A stretch of 64,000 nt of DNA from an uncultured Gemmatimonadaceae bacterium (GCA_963817955.1 CAWFQK010000003.1:160001-224000); one strand, 5' to 3'. Counted from the first letter of the stretch, positions 18,705 through 27,739 are shown. The notes: a model not told the origin generated them from the sequence alone. Translations and numbers: made by a program.

Positions 18705-18740
18705 ATCCAGTTCTCGTCAGTGGGAGTCTGACCGGGGCCG

Positions 18741-19100
18741 CTATCGGCCCACAGGTGTCTGGACGAGTTGGCGCACACGGCAGCCGTGCAGCAGGCCCGG
18801 TGAATACCGCCACGAAGTGAACGTCAGCCGGGCCTCCATGACAACGGCCGAATCGCTGACCTTCAGTGCACGAAAGGTGCGCGGCTGTGGCACGCCGACA
18901 GTATCGACTACGAACTGAATGAGATTATCAGGATTACGGACGGCCGCGGTCGGATGCACCCCCGCGGCGGTATCAGGCAGCCAGCGGACGGGCGTGGCCA
19001 TCTGGTACTCGAAGTGGATGCCTGAATCGGCACATACCGGAGACTGGCCGAATACCGTCGTGGGAAGTGCGAGCAGCGCGAGCATTAAGAGGAGTCTCAT
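18741..19100 (-). CDS. secreted TonB C-terminal-like protein
   Basis: Signal peptide, FEYQ, IQFVVDTVG, WRYSPG..GCRVRQLVQTP. Confidence 0.75.
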   Translation of the reverse strand: MRLLLMLALLALPTTVFGQSPVCADSGIHFEYQMATPVRWLPDTAAGVHPTAAVRNPDNLIQFVVDTVGVPQPRTFRALKVSDSAVVMEARLTFTSWRYSPGLLHGCRVRQLVQTPVGR

Positions 19101-19178
19101 CGGCGTCGTCCAATAGTAGTGTGTGCCAGTCTAGAAAGTATAACTGGGATGGCCTCCGACCATCGCGTGGGGCAATCG

Positions 19179-19921
19179 TCAGATGAAGGTCATGCGGGCC
19201 GCTTCCCGCTTGCCTTGGGCGAAACCGGCACGAGCGGTGGGGATACGGGTCGCCAGGTCCATCAGGTTCGTGCCCATTGCGGCTCGGGAATCGGCGTCCG
19301 GCGTAATCACCTCGACGCGGCTGCGCTGTTTGCGCAGGTCCTCGACCTGGCTTGCCAAGTCCGTGCGCCATTCCGGTGCCCTGCGCAGGCCCTCGAACTG
19401 TCCGGGTTCTGTCCGGGTCCGTCCGCCCAATGGCGAGAGCACCACGACGTTCGCATAGCCCGAGGCAAGGTCGGCGTTTTCGGCGGAGCGCACGCCACCG
19501 TCTATGTAGCGAGCGCCGTTGATGCGGTGCGTGGGGACCAGACCAGGCAGCGCGCAGCTCGCGGTGACCGCGTCCACCAGCTCGACGCCGGAATCGCGGT
19601 CGAACGCAGCCAACTCGCCGGTGTGTGCGTCGATGGCCGTCACGATCATCGGCCTGTCCGGCCATTCAGGGCGAGGCAACCTGGCGGCGACCGTTGCGCG
19701 CCGCTGTTGCGCCGCGGGTTCGAGTATGGAGTCGCTTTCCAACCCGAACGCGCCCATCGCACGCTGTAGGTCGGCTGCCGAGGTGGTGGCGGCGCCGATC
19801 ACCAGATCGGCGGCCTCTGTCATATCGAGACCACCTTCGGCTAGACCTGCGATGATACCGTCAGCCACGTGTTTCCGGCAGCACCACCACCACCGAGAAC
19901 CAGAGCAACTCTGTGAGTCAT
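19179..19921 (-). pseudogene. patatin-like phospholipase, frameshifted and lacking the catalytic Ser motif
   Basis: ALVLGGGGAAG out of frame with the rest; GTSAG absent; ASCALPG and YIDGG retained. Confidence 0.8.
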
Positions 19922-20056
19922 TTACCCACTATATGCAATCGTCCTTGGAGACGCCAATGCGCCCCATGTCGGCAGAGCCTGCTACCTTTCCTGCTCGGTC
20001 AATCATCTATCTCGAACAGGTGGCAAGAGACACCTTTGCGCGAGTAGCATTAGGGA

Positions 20057-22552
20057 ATGCCTCCTTCCCCGCCACGTGGTACGCCCGTTCCTGACCTGCT
20101 CTACGCGCAGGCCCGCGCCGACCTTGCCGCGGGGCGGTGGCGAAAAGCGCGCGACGCCTTCAAGGAACTCTGCAAAGGTGATCGCGCCACATTCCAGCCA
20201 CTCCTCGTGGAAGCGAATGTCGGGCTCGCCCGCGCCATGCTGGCCAAGGGCCTGATCTCCGACGCACGACAGGTTCTGTCGTACCTCCGGAGGATCGCTT
20301 CTCCGGCAACCATCACCGCGCTCGATGCTGAGATCGCCGCATGTGCAGCGAAGTCGCCGAGCGCCGCTCCCGATCCGGTCGCGCTCCTCGCGGATGGTGC
20401 TCTGGCGCCGGACGAACAGCGCAGGGTGGCGGATCAACTCGTCGTCGCATTCACGAGCGGCAGCATAGACACCGCGTCACCAGCGTCCGCACAGGTGGTG
20501 GCCGATCTTCGCGCGATTCATCAGGCGATCGAATCCGTGTGCCACGGAGACCACGAGCGCGCGATGGAGTATGTGCGTCCCCTCAAACGAGAATCCGTGT
20601 TCGCCCACTGGCGACTCTTTGTGCGTGCGGTGGCAGCGTTTCAGCGAGGTGACGCAGACAAGGCCGTGCAGTACTTCGAGGAATTGCCGGCGTCCTCGGT
20701 GCCTGGGCGGGCATGCGATGCGTGGCTCCTTGCGCTTGGCAAGCAAATCGACACTGGACGAGGCGCCGAATCGGAAGCCGTGCTCGAAGCGGCCGGAACG
20801 CTGGCTGGTGAACCTGGATGGGGCCGTGCGCTGGCCCGGGCCGAGGTGATGTGGCGCGCAGGTAGGCATGCATCATCGTATCGCGCAGTCGCTGGCGCGA
20901 AGGGGTCTTTTCCATCGGACGGGGCGGACTTTTGCTCCGCGCTCTCAGCCTTCTTTTTCAATGCCATCTTCGCGCTTCCGGAAGATCAGCGCTACGAGTA
21001 CGCGGACGCGCTCAGCGAGATCGAAGTCAGCCGCCGCGGGACGAGTCCCACGGAATTGATGCTGATTCGCCGCACCCTGTCGTTGCTGTACGCAGCCGAC
21101 GGCACGGGCGAAATCGACCCATCCTGTCTGCAGGGGATATGGGAAGCGTTCCTCCGGGACCACCAGCGTATTCACGGCACCAACCCCCGCCTCGCCTCGG
21201 CGGGGTTGTGCTGGTTGGGCAAGGTCCTCGCGCAACCGCGACCACATTCACTCCGTCATCGCCCCCGGGCGAAGCGCGACCGCGGCGGCGCTGCCATCGC
21301 CGTGCTGGAGAAGAGCATCGAGCTCGATCCGGGCAATGTCGACGCACATCTCCTGCTGGCGTCGTTGTACGGGACGGGATCGCGCGCGCGCGATCGTAAC
21401 CGCCTCCTCGATCTCATCGCTGTCCGATTTCCGGACCACAAGGAGGCGCTTCTGGCCGTGGGCGCCGGCTGCGTCGATCGCAAAGCCAACGCCAAAGCGC
21501 TCGAATACTACGAACGCGCGCTCACGATCGACCGGTTGGATCCGGCGATGCCCGATCTCGTCGCGACCGCCTGTTTATTACTTGCCGCTCAATTCTATCA
21601 GAAGGGAAAACTCCCGGCAGCGCGGCAAGCATTGACCCGCGCTGACGAATTAGCGGTCGATCACGCCGAGCACTTCGTGCGCAGCCGGTGGTGCCTCGAG
21701 GCGCGGCGCGCCGTACTGGAAATGATGTATGGCGACGCATCCGTGGGCGCAGTGGCGTTGGACGAGGCGCGGGCGAGCAGTCCGTCGCGGGCGGCGTGCC
21801 TGTTTTTCGTGCGGCTCGCCTGGTCGTTCTACTATTCCCGATCTCTCCACCGGCTCTTTCCGGCGCCGCTCAAGGCGGAGCTTGCGCAGGAGGCGACGCG
21901 GGAGTCAAACGGTCGCGATGCAGTGACGCTCGTGCAGCTCTGGCGGTACTGGGGCACTGGTGGGAACTCTCGAGCTCGGACCATGGACGAGGAAGGGTGG
22001 CTCCGGCGGTATCTCAAGGGTGCGGCGAAAACGTCGATGGCCCGCGATGATGCGTCGCGCCTCCTCGAACTCCTCCGGGCTTTCCCCGAGTTTGGCCAGG
22101 AGGCGCGAGCGGTGGTGGCGCGAGCGTTGAAGGGAGATCGAGCGGATCCGTTGTTTCTACTCTATAGGGAACTGCTGCAACCCTTCCCGCGACTTGGACC
22201 GGTGGAATACGAGTCCATCCTGGCGGAGGCTCGTCGCCGCGGCGACGACGCGGCCGAGCGACTTGCGCGCGAGTTAGACAGTCACATCGCGGGGAGCGGC
22301 TCACCACCATTCGCACAGCCATGGGATGATTCCGGACTGGACGAATTTGAGGACGACGATGACGTCGCGGAAGACATCCTTGGGTCTCCAGAGGTAGCCG
22401 CATTCATTGATCTGCTTGCCGCCGCGCCGCCGGGCGAAGTTGCAAAGATGAGAAAGAAGCGCCCACAATGGATGCCCATGGAGCTGTTTGAAATGTTGCT
22501 GACGTTCGCGCGGGCGGGGAGAGGGAATCCCGATCAAGGCGACCTGTTCTGA
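20057..22552 (+). CDS. large TPR-repeat protein
   Basis: 831 aa, helical; AIAVLEKSIELDPGNVDAH and ALEYYERALTIDRLD TPR motifs; acidic linker; ends QGDLF. Confidence 0.85.
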   Translation: MPPSPPRGTPVPDLLYAQARADLAAGRWRKARDAFKELCKGDRATFQPLLVEANVGLARAMLAKGLISDARQVLSYLRRIASPATITALDAEIAACAAKSPSAAPDPVALLADGALAPDEQRRVADQLVVAFTSGSIDTASPASAQVVADLRAIHQAIESVCHGDHERAMEYVRPLKRESVFAHWRLFVRAVAAFQRGDADKAVQYFEELPASSVPGRACDAWLLALGKQIDTGRGAESEAVLEAAGTLAGEPGWGRALARAEVMWRAGRHASSYRAVAGAKGSFPSDGADFCSALSAFFFNAIFALPEDQRYEYADALSEIEVSRRGTSPTELMLIRRTLSLLYAADGTGEIDPSCLQGIWEAFLRDHQRIHGTNPRLASAGLCWLGKVLAQPRPHSLRHRPRAKRDRGGAAIAVLEKSIELDPGNVDAHLLLASLYGTGSRARDRNRLLDLIAVRFPDHKEALLAVGAGCVDRKANAKALEYYERALTIDRLDPAMPDLVATACLLLAAQFYQKGKLPAARQALTRADELAVDHAEHFVRSRWCLEARRAVLEMMYGDASVGAVALDEARASSPSRAACLFFVRLAWSFYYSRSLHRLFPAPLKAELAQEATRESNGRDAVTLVQLWRYWGTGGNSRARTMDEEGWLRRYLKGAAKTSMARDDASRLLELLRAFPEFGQEARAVVARALKGDRADPLFLLYRELLQPFPRLGPVEYESILAEARRRGDDAAERLARELDSHIAGSGSPPFAQPWDDSGLDEFEDDDDVAEDILGSPEVAAFIDLLAAAPPGEVAKMRKKRPQWMPMELFEMLLTFARAGRGNPDQGDLF

Positions 22553-22561
22553 GTATCAACG

Positions 22562-22867
22562 ATGAACCCATATTTCATTCTTGGCGTGCCTCTCGATGCG
22601 GATGATGAGCGCATCCGCCGAGCCTATCTCGACTCGATCAAGCTTGCGCCTCCCGACCTGGACCCCACGCAATTTCAGGCGGTAAGCGCGGCCTACGAGC
22701 AAATCAAGAACGAAGCGAGTCGACATCAGCATATCTTGTTTGATCGAACTCCGCCGGGAGATTCACCGGTGGACGTATTGGTCCGGTACGCCAAGGTTCG
22801 TCCGCAACCACGGGCCCTTCCCCTCGACGCAATGAAAGCGCTTCTCCGCGCATGCACGAAGAACTGA
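22562..22867 (+). CDS. small J-domain-like protein (PPD instead of HPD)
   Basis: NPYFILGV..IRRAY..APPDLDP..FQAVSAAYEQI. Confidence 0.85.
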   Translation: MNPYFILGVPLDADDERIRRAYLDSIKLAPPDLDPTQFQAVSAAYEQIKNEASRHQHILFDRTPPGDSPVDVLVRYAKVRPQPRALPLDAMKALLRACTKN

Positions 22868-23556
22868 TGCCGACCGCAAACGACTCCAATGCCGGAGCGC
22901 TGGAGGACTGGAAGCGCGAGCTTCGTGAGAATGTCGAGCGCTGGCTCGAGTCGCTCGACGACATTCCCGACAGCGATGAGGCTGATGCGGACGAAGTGGA
23001 GACGCCGGATCTCTATTCGTTCTACGGGCAACTTGCTGCCGCAACCACGGAGGCGCGCAAGTCCAATCGCCGGACTGCGGAGGCGTTCAGTCAGTGGAGC
23101 GATACGCTCTCGAAATTCGATGACGAACTGCGGCTGCTTCGCGAACAGGGATCGCGACAGCCGGTGGCAGACAATGACGCGTTGCCACGCGCATGGTGTC
23201 TCGCGCTCGTCGAGATCACGGACCGCATGCATCGGCTTTCAGCGGCGTTCGCGACACCGCCGCGCCGCGCGTGGCTGGGCACCGACCACCAGTGGCACCT
23301 GGCCTGGGAAACCCAACGGCAAGGTTTCGATATTCTCCTGAGTCACGTCGATGCGCTTGTTACTCGCGCCGGATTGACCCGGATACCGGCGCTCCACCAA
23401 CCGTTCGATCCCGCCATGATGTCGGCCGTCATCGCCGAGCCCGACGCCGGCTGGCCACACGACACGGTGACCGAGGAGATAGCCCCAGGGTACCTGTTGC
23501 GCGGCGAGCTTCTTCGAGTTGCGCAGGTCAAAGTCTCCACGCGCGAGCGCCCATGA
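22867..23556 (+). CDS. GrpE-like nucleotide exchange factor
   Basis: TGATG coupling to the J gene; QPFDPAMMSAV..EIAPGYLLRGELLRVAQVKVS C-terminal GrpE motif. Confidence 0.88.
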   Translation: MPTANDSNAGALEDWKRELRENVERWLESLDDIPDSDEADADEVETPDLYSFYGQLAAATTEARKSNRRTAEAFSQWSDTLSKFDDELRLLREQGSRQPVADNDALPRAWCLALVEITDRMHRLSAAFATPPRRAWLGTDHQWHLAWETQRQGFDILLSHVDALVTRAGLTRIPALHQPFDPAMMSAVIAEPDAGWPHDTVTEEIAPGYLLRGELLRVAQVKVSTRERP

Positions 23557-23578
23557 ACCACACATTGCCACACTCGAG

Positions 23579-25330
23579 ATGAATGAGCTGATCGTCGGAA
23601 TCGACCTGGGTACCACGAATTCCGCCCTCGCGGCGGACGTCGATGGCGAAATCAGAGTTATCGATATCCATGGTCAACGGACCATGCCGTCGTGTGTAGG
23701 AATAGATGCGAGCGGCACGCTCGTTGTCGGGGAGGCGGCCAGGAACCAGGCCATCGCGTCGCCCGACGCGACGATTCTCTCCATCAAACGACGGATGGGA
23801 GACGATGTCCGGTTACCGCTCGGTGGCAGGCAGTTCTCGCCTGAAGAACTTTCCTCGTTCATCCTGCGTGAGCTCAAGCTCGAGGGGGAGAAGCAACTCG
23901 GCCAATCAATCAGGAAGGCCGTGGTCACCGTGCCCGCCTTTTTCACCGAACGGCAGCGCAAGGCCACGCAGGTCGCCGGCGAGCTGGCCGGCCTCGATGT
24001 GGTGCGGATCATCAATGAGCCCACCGCTGCGGCGCTCGCTTATGGCGCCGGCGACACCCCCGACGAGACGATCGTCGTCTATGATCTCGGCGGCGGCACC
24101 TTTGACGTGTCGGTCGTTGTCGTGCAGGAGGGAGTGGTCGAGGTCCGCGCGAGTCATGGCGATACGCACCTGGGCGGCGACGACTTCGATCAATTGCTCG
24201 TCGAGCACGCACTCCGCGAGTTCGAGCGTCGTCACGGCACCAATCTCTCGGGAAACGACCGGGTGCTTCGCCGGTTGGGCATCGTACTCGAGCGCGCCAA
24301 ACGCCGGCTGTCCGACGAACCGTTCGTCGCCGTGCGAGAGGAGTACCTGGACGGCACGCATCATCTCGACATGGAGATCGAGCGCGGTGCGTATGAGGCG
24401 ATGATCGCGCCACTCCTTGAGAAGACGCTTCTCTCGGTTCATCAGGCAATGCGGGGCGCGGCCTTGCTGCCGGGCGCCATCGATCGCGTCATGCTCGTTG
24501 GTGGTTCCACTCGCACGCCCCTTGTTCATGCCATGTTGCGTGAGCGGCTGCAGATGGAGCCGAGATGGGAGATAGATCCGGATCTGATCGTCGCGATGGG
24601 CGCGGCAATTCAGGGCGCCGTGCTGGCCGGGCAGAAGCGTCATTCGATTCTCGTCGATATCACACCGCATACGTTCAACACGACTACGCTGGGGATGATG
24701 GACGGCATGACTCGTCTCGTGTCCGTGCCCATCATTCCGAGGAATACCCCACTTCCCGCAAGCAAGTCGGAAGTCTTCTTCACGATGTACGACAATCAGG
24801 ACGCCGTGGAGGTGGACGCGCGCCAGGGCGAGGCGACCGTTCCCGAGCTGAATGCACTCGTGGGCGAGTTCTTGGTGGAGGGACTCAGCCAAGTGCCCGC
24901 CGGGAGCCCCATCGTCGTCCACTTCGAGCTCGACCTCAGCGGCGTGCTCCGTGTGACAGCGACGGAAAAGCAGACCGGTCTGGCGAAGACGGTCACGATG
25001 GACACGCGGGGTACCCACGTGCTGAACGTGGACGAGGCGCGCCGCAACATCGCGTCGTTGCTGGAGCCATTGGTCGTGCGCGCCGAGGACGCGGAGTCTG
25101 ACGACGATGCCAGTGACGCTTCCGAAGCGCGAGAGCGGTTACTGGCGACCGCCAAGGACCTCCGGAAACGTGGCGAAGCATTGCTGGCGAAGAACGTCAA
25201 TGACGATGATGCGCGGGAGATTCGCGATCTGATTCACGCGAGCGCCGGAGCGATCACGGGGCGCGACTGGGGGCACCTCACCGAGATGAACGACAAGTTG
25301 TCCGATCTCGTTTTCTATCTCGAGGACTGA
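23579..25330 (+). CDS. Hsp70-family chaperone (specialised DnaK paralog)
   Basis: GIDLGTTNS, INEPTAAA, YDLGGGTFDVS, HLGGDDFD, LVGGSTR, IIPRNTPLP; ends DLVFYLED. Confidence 0.93.
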   Translation: MNELIVGIDLGTTNSALAADVDGEIRVIDIHGQRTMPSCVGIDASGTLVVGEAARNQAIASPDATILSIKRRMGDDVRLPLGGRQFSPEELSSFILRELKLEGEKQLGQSIRKAVVTVPAFFTERQRKATQVAGELAGLDVVRIINEPTAAALAYGAGDTPDETIVVYDLGGGTFDVSVVVVQEGVVEVRASHGDTHLGGDDFDQLLVEHALREFERRHGTNLSGNDRVLRRLGIVLERAKRRLSDEPFVAVREEYLDGTHHLDMEIERGAYEAMIAPLLEKTLLSVHQAMRGAALLPGAIDRVMLVGGSTRTPLVHAMLRERLQMEPRWEIDPDLIVAMGAAIQGAVLAGQKRHSILVDITPHTFNTTTLGMMDGMTRLVSVPIIPRNTPLPASKSEVFFTMYDNQDAVEVDARQGEATVPELNALVGEFLVEGLSQVPAGSPIVVHFELDLSGVLRVTATEKQTGLAKTVTMDTRGTHVLNVDEARRNIASLLEPLVVRAEDAESDDDASDASEARERLLATAKDLRKRGEALLAKNVNDDDAREIRDLIHASAGAITGRDWGHLTEMNDKLSDLVFYLED

Positions 25331-25331
25331 C

Positions 25332-25667
25332 GTGCGGGTATCCTGTCCGGCGTGCGGCAAGACCATGGTGGCTGCGCTCGCCGCCGATGTGGCGTGCGAC
25401 AGATGCGGATGCGATCTGTCGCGGCTCCGTGATATCCTCGTTGCGGCGGCGGCGCGCCTCCAGTTGGCACGATCGGCCCTGGCGACGGGCGAGTATGAAG
25501 TCGCGCTTTCGTACGCCGACGAGTCGTGGTCATTGGCGCACAATCCACTGTGTGTGGACGTCGCGTGCCTGGCTGCGTCCGCTGGTGGCTACGTCGGCGA
25601 TCTCGTGCGCTGGCAGCGCCGTGGAGGTGGTGCGTCAGACTCTGGTCTATCACCGCGGACTGCGTGA
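25332..25667 (+). CDS. Zn-ribbon + TPR-like small protein
   Basis: GTG 1 bp after the Hsp70 stop; CPACG..CDRCGCDL followed by a helical hairpin. Confidence 0.75.
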   Translation: MRVSCPACGKTMVAALAADVACDRCGCDLSRLRDILVAAAARLQLARSALATGEYEVALSYADESWSLAHNPLCVDVACLAASAGGYVGDLVRWQRRGGGASDSGLSPRTA

Positions 25668-25717
25668 TGTACGCCGTAGTGCGCCGCGAGCGGCGCATTG
25701 TGGGCAGGCTCTCTCAC

Positions 25718-25743
25718 CCCGAACACAGCAAGCAACGTTATGC
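25718..25743 (-). repeat. collapsed attC remnant
   Basis: Plus strand CCCGAAC ACAGCAAGCAAC GTTATGC; the upstream gene's TAA lies inside GCATAAC. Confidence 0.4.
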
Positions 25744-26069
25744 GGAAAGGCGTACCGACGCTCCGTGGGCGGCGGCGTACAGCATGTCCGGATCCAGATC
25801 CACCCCATTCGGCCACACGATCGTGCCCGCGTCTGCGTCCACGGAGACGCGCGCGAAGAAGCTCGGATCCTGTAGGGGCGCGATCTTGACCGGCGACTCG
25901 TCCGAGTGGAGCCGACGCCAATTCTCAAGCAGTTCGGCTTCGTGGAGTGTAGTCCACTCCACCACGAGCGCCAGGCTCGAGGCGGAAGGTTGCCGGAGAG
26001 GAGCCCGACTGGTTGGATCTGCACCTACGCCTCTAGGAATACGGCGGTCAGATGTTGTAGGGTGATCAT
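25738..26069 (-). pseudogene. mosaic of HicB start, DUF4160-like and DUF2442-like TA fragments
   Basis: MITLQHLTAVFLEA* | LLSGNLPPRA / LVVEWTTLHEAELLENW..KIAPL | QDPSFFARVSVD..GTIVWPNGVDLDPDMLY. Confidence 0.7.
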
Positions 26070-26156
26070 GTTAGCTCGCTCGGGTGTGGAACTCGAAGGC
26101 AAGTCACCGTAGCCGCCACGACAGACCCACGCGGGTGGGTTGGGCACCCAATCTCG

Positions 26157-26432
26157 TTATATGGCCGCTCCGCGATGTCCGTCTAGCCTTCGCCTAGCAC
26201 GCCTAGCACTGGTGTATGCGAAGGCAGGATCCCGGCGGTCGCCGAGCGTGTCAGCGGTAACGTCCGGCCCCAATCTGGACCGAGCGGCGGCGGGCTTCTC
26301 ACGTAGAGTGCAACCGGCAAGCGTTGGCGGGTTATCGCCGTGCCTCCAGGGCGAGCGCTGCGCTCCTGCAGGAAACGGTGTGCAAACCGCGATGCTTGCA
26401 GCTGTGAGAGCGAGGCGGATACGCGAACGCAT
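26157..26432 (-). pseudogene. probable truncated secreted protein
   Basis: Signal peptide directly after attC 26460; C-terminus degenerates. Confidence 0.4.
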
Positions 26433-26459
26433 CGTGATCCGATGAGAGGGTTGGACGCT

Positions 26460-26556
26460 CTCTAACGCCGAGTATCACCTGCAGGCGAATTCACAAGAGC
26501 GGCGGTGAAGCCGCCGTCAACCTTGGCTCGCCTGCCTGGTGCATGCAACGTTAGCC
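26460..26556 (-). repeat. integron attC site
   Basis: Minus strand GGCTAAC GTTGCATGCACCAGGCAGGCGA ... TCGCCTGCAGGTGATACTCGGC GTTAGAG; toxin TAA lies inside the inverse core. Confidence 0.88.
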
Positions 26557-26856
26557 GTCACGGCGAGTGATCGTCCAGTCGATTTCGTCTTGTCGCACAT
26601 GTCGACAGGCGAGAACGACGATCTCGTCGCCGAAGATCTCGTACACCACGCTGTACGGAAACCGGTGAAGCAGTGCGCGACGGACTTGCCCTTCTTCGGT
26701 CACGGCTCGATGCACCTGTGGAAAGATCGCGAGCACCTCAACCGTCGCATCGAGTTCGCCAAGGATGGCACGGCCGAGCCCACGGACCTGTGATTCGTAC
26801 CACCTTCGGGCTTCTCGAATCTCCGCGCGCGCCTCCGGCCGAAACCGAACGCGCAC
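26551..26856 (-). CDS. ParE/RelE-family toxin
   Basis: FRPEARAEIREARRWYE..GLG..RRALLHRFPYSVVY..LACRH. Confidence 0.9.
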   Translation of the reverse strand: MRVRFRPEARAEIREARRWYESQVRGLGRAILGELDATVEVLAIFPQVHRAVTEEGQVRRALLHRFPYSVVYEIFGDEIVVLACRHVRQDEIDWTITRRDG

Positions 26857-26861
26857 GAGCT

Positions 26862-27125
26862 TCAGCCAGTCCGGCGCGGACCGCGCGCATCGGCGCGATC
26901 GTCCGCCTCTTGATCAGCGGCCAGCTCTGAGCGAACGGTCTTCCAGTCGACGGCAGCGGAGGGATCACGACGATGCGCGGCGCGACGGGTTTCGATGAGC
27001 TCTCGCTCCTCGGCGCTCATTGGGAACGCGCCCGGCTTTGTTCGTAGTGAATCCCAGAGTTGCTCAATGAGCTCGAAGCGCTCACCGGCTGTCAGTTGGT
27101 CGATGTTGAATGCGGGACGGACCAT
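26862..27125 (-). CDS. addiction module antitoxin (TIGR02574-like)
   Basis: LTAGERFELIEQLWDSL..AVDWKTVR. Confidence 0.85.
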   Translation of the reverse strand: MVRPAFNIDQLTAGERFELIEQLWDSLRTKPGAFPMSAEERELIETRRAAHRRDPSAAVDWKTVRSELAADQEADDRADARGPRRTG

Positions 27126-27235
27126 GTTTGGGAATCTGGCCGCTACCTCATCGGCCGGCAAGTCCGGCCGCCAGAGGACGGTTCTCGCAACTTGGCCATC
27201 GGGCGGCGATCGCCTCAGCGATGCCGGGGTGTAGG

Positions 27236-27333
27236 GCATAACGCTTGAGCTAAGCTGCGAACGCGCAGGGCTGGAAGATTGCTGCCGGTGCGAAACGATG
27301 CGCGCGTTCGTCAGCTCCAGCGACTTGTTGGGC
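27236..27333 (-). repeat. integron attC site
   Basis: Minus strand GCCCAAC AAGTCGCTGGAGCTGACGAACGCGC ... GCGCGTTCGCAGCTTAGCTCAAGC GTTATGC. Confidence 0.9.
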
Positions 27334-27342
27334 GGCGGCGCG

Positions 27343-27735
27343 CTAGCGGGTGACCGCCGTCTGCACGAGCTGCGGGACCCGGCAGCCGCCACTCACGGCC
27401 GGCGTGAACGCCCACCGGGTGATCACTTGCCGCACACTGTCCGCGGCGGCCGCCGACGGCGTCCGCAGAACATGGAACGAGCGCGGATCGACCGCGCCAA
27501 GCGTGTCGACGACGAACTGCACGATCACCGCCTCCGGGTGCGCCTGCATCTGGATGAACCGTTCCCTGGCGGGCCGCGGCACGAGCAGCGTGTCGCCCCG
27601 GTAGCTCGCCGGCTGGTCGACCTGGAACTCGAACAGCGGCTGTGGCGGCGCGACACACCCCTGTGCGAGCGCGGCCGACCCGGCCGCCGAACCGAGGAGC
27701 GCCAGCGCGACAGCAGCGACGGATACGGAGCGCAT
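27343..27735 (-). CDS. secreted TonB C-terminal-like protein (paralog of 18741-19100)
   Basis: Signal peptide, FEFQV, VQFVVDTLG, WAFTPA..GCRVPQLVQT. Confidence 0.75.
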   Translation of the reverse strand: MRSVSVAAVALALLGSAAGSAALAQGCVAPPQPLFEFQVDQPASYRGDTLLVPRPARERFIQMQAHPEAVIVQFVVDTLGAVDPRSFHVLRTPSAAAADSVRQVITRWAFTPAVSGGCRVPQLVQTAVTR

Positions 27736-27739
27736 GCTT

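Noticed and set aside
23906..25018. Long antisense ORF opposite Hsp70 (similar ones at 1519-2607, 45007-46602, 48086-49474)
   Set aside because: Shadow ORFs expected from high-GC codon bias; no motifs or RBS
23579..25330. Calling the Hsp70 the housekeeping dnaK
   Set aside because: Divergent linker and lid, no hrcA or full-length dnaJ, accessory location; gene symbol withheld
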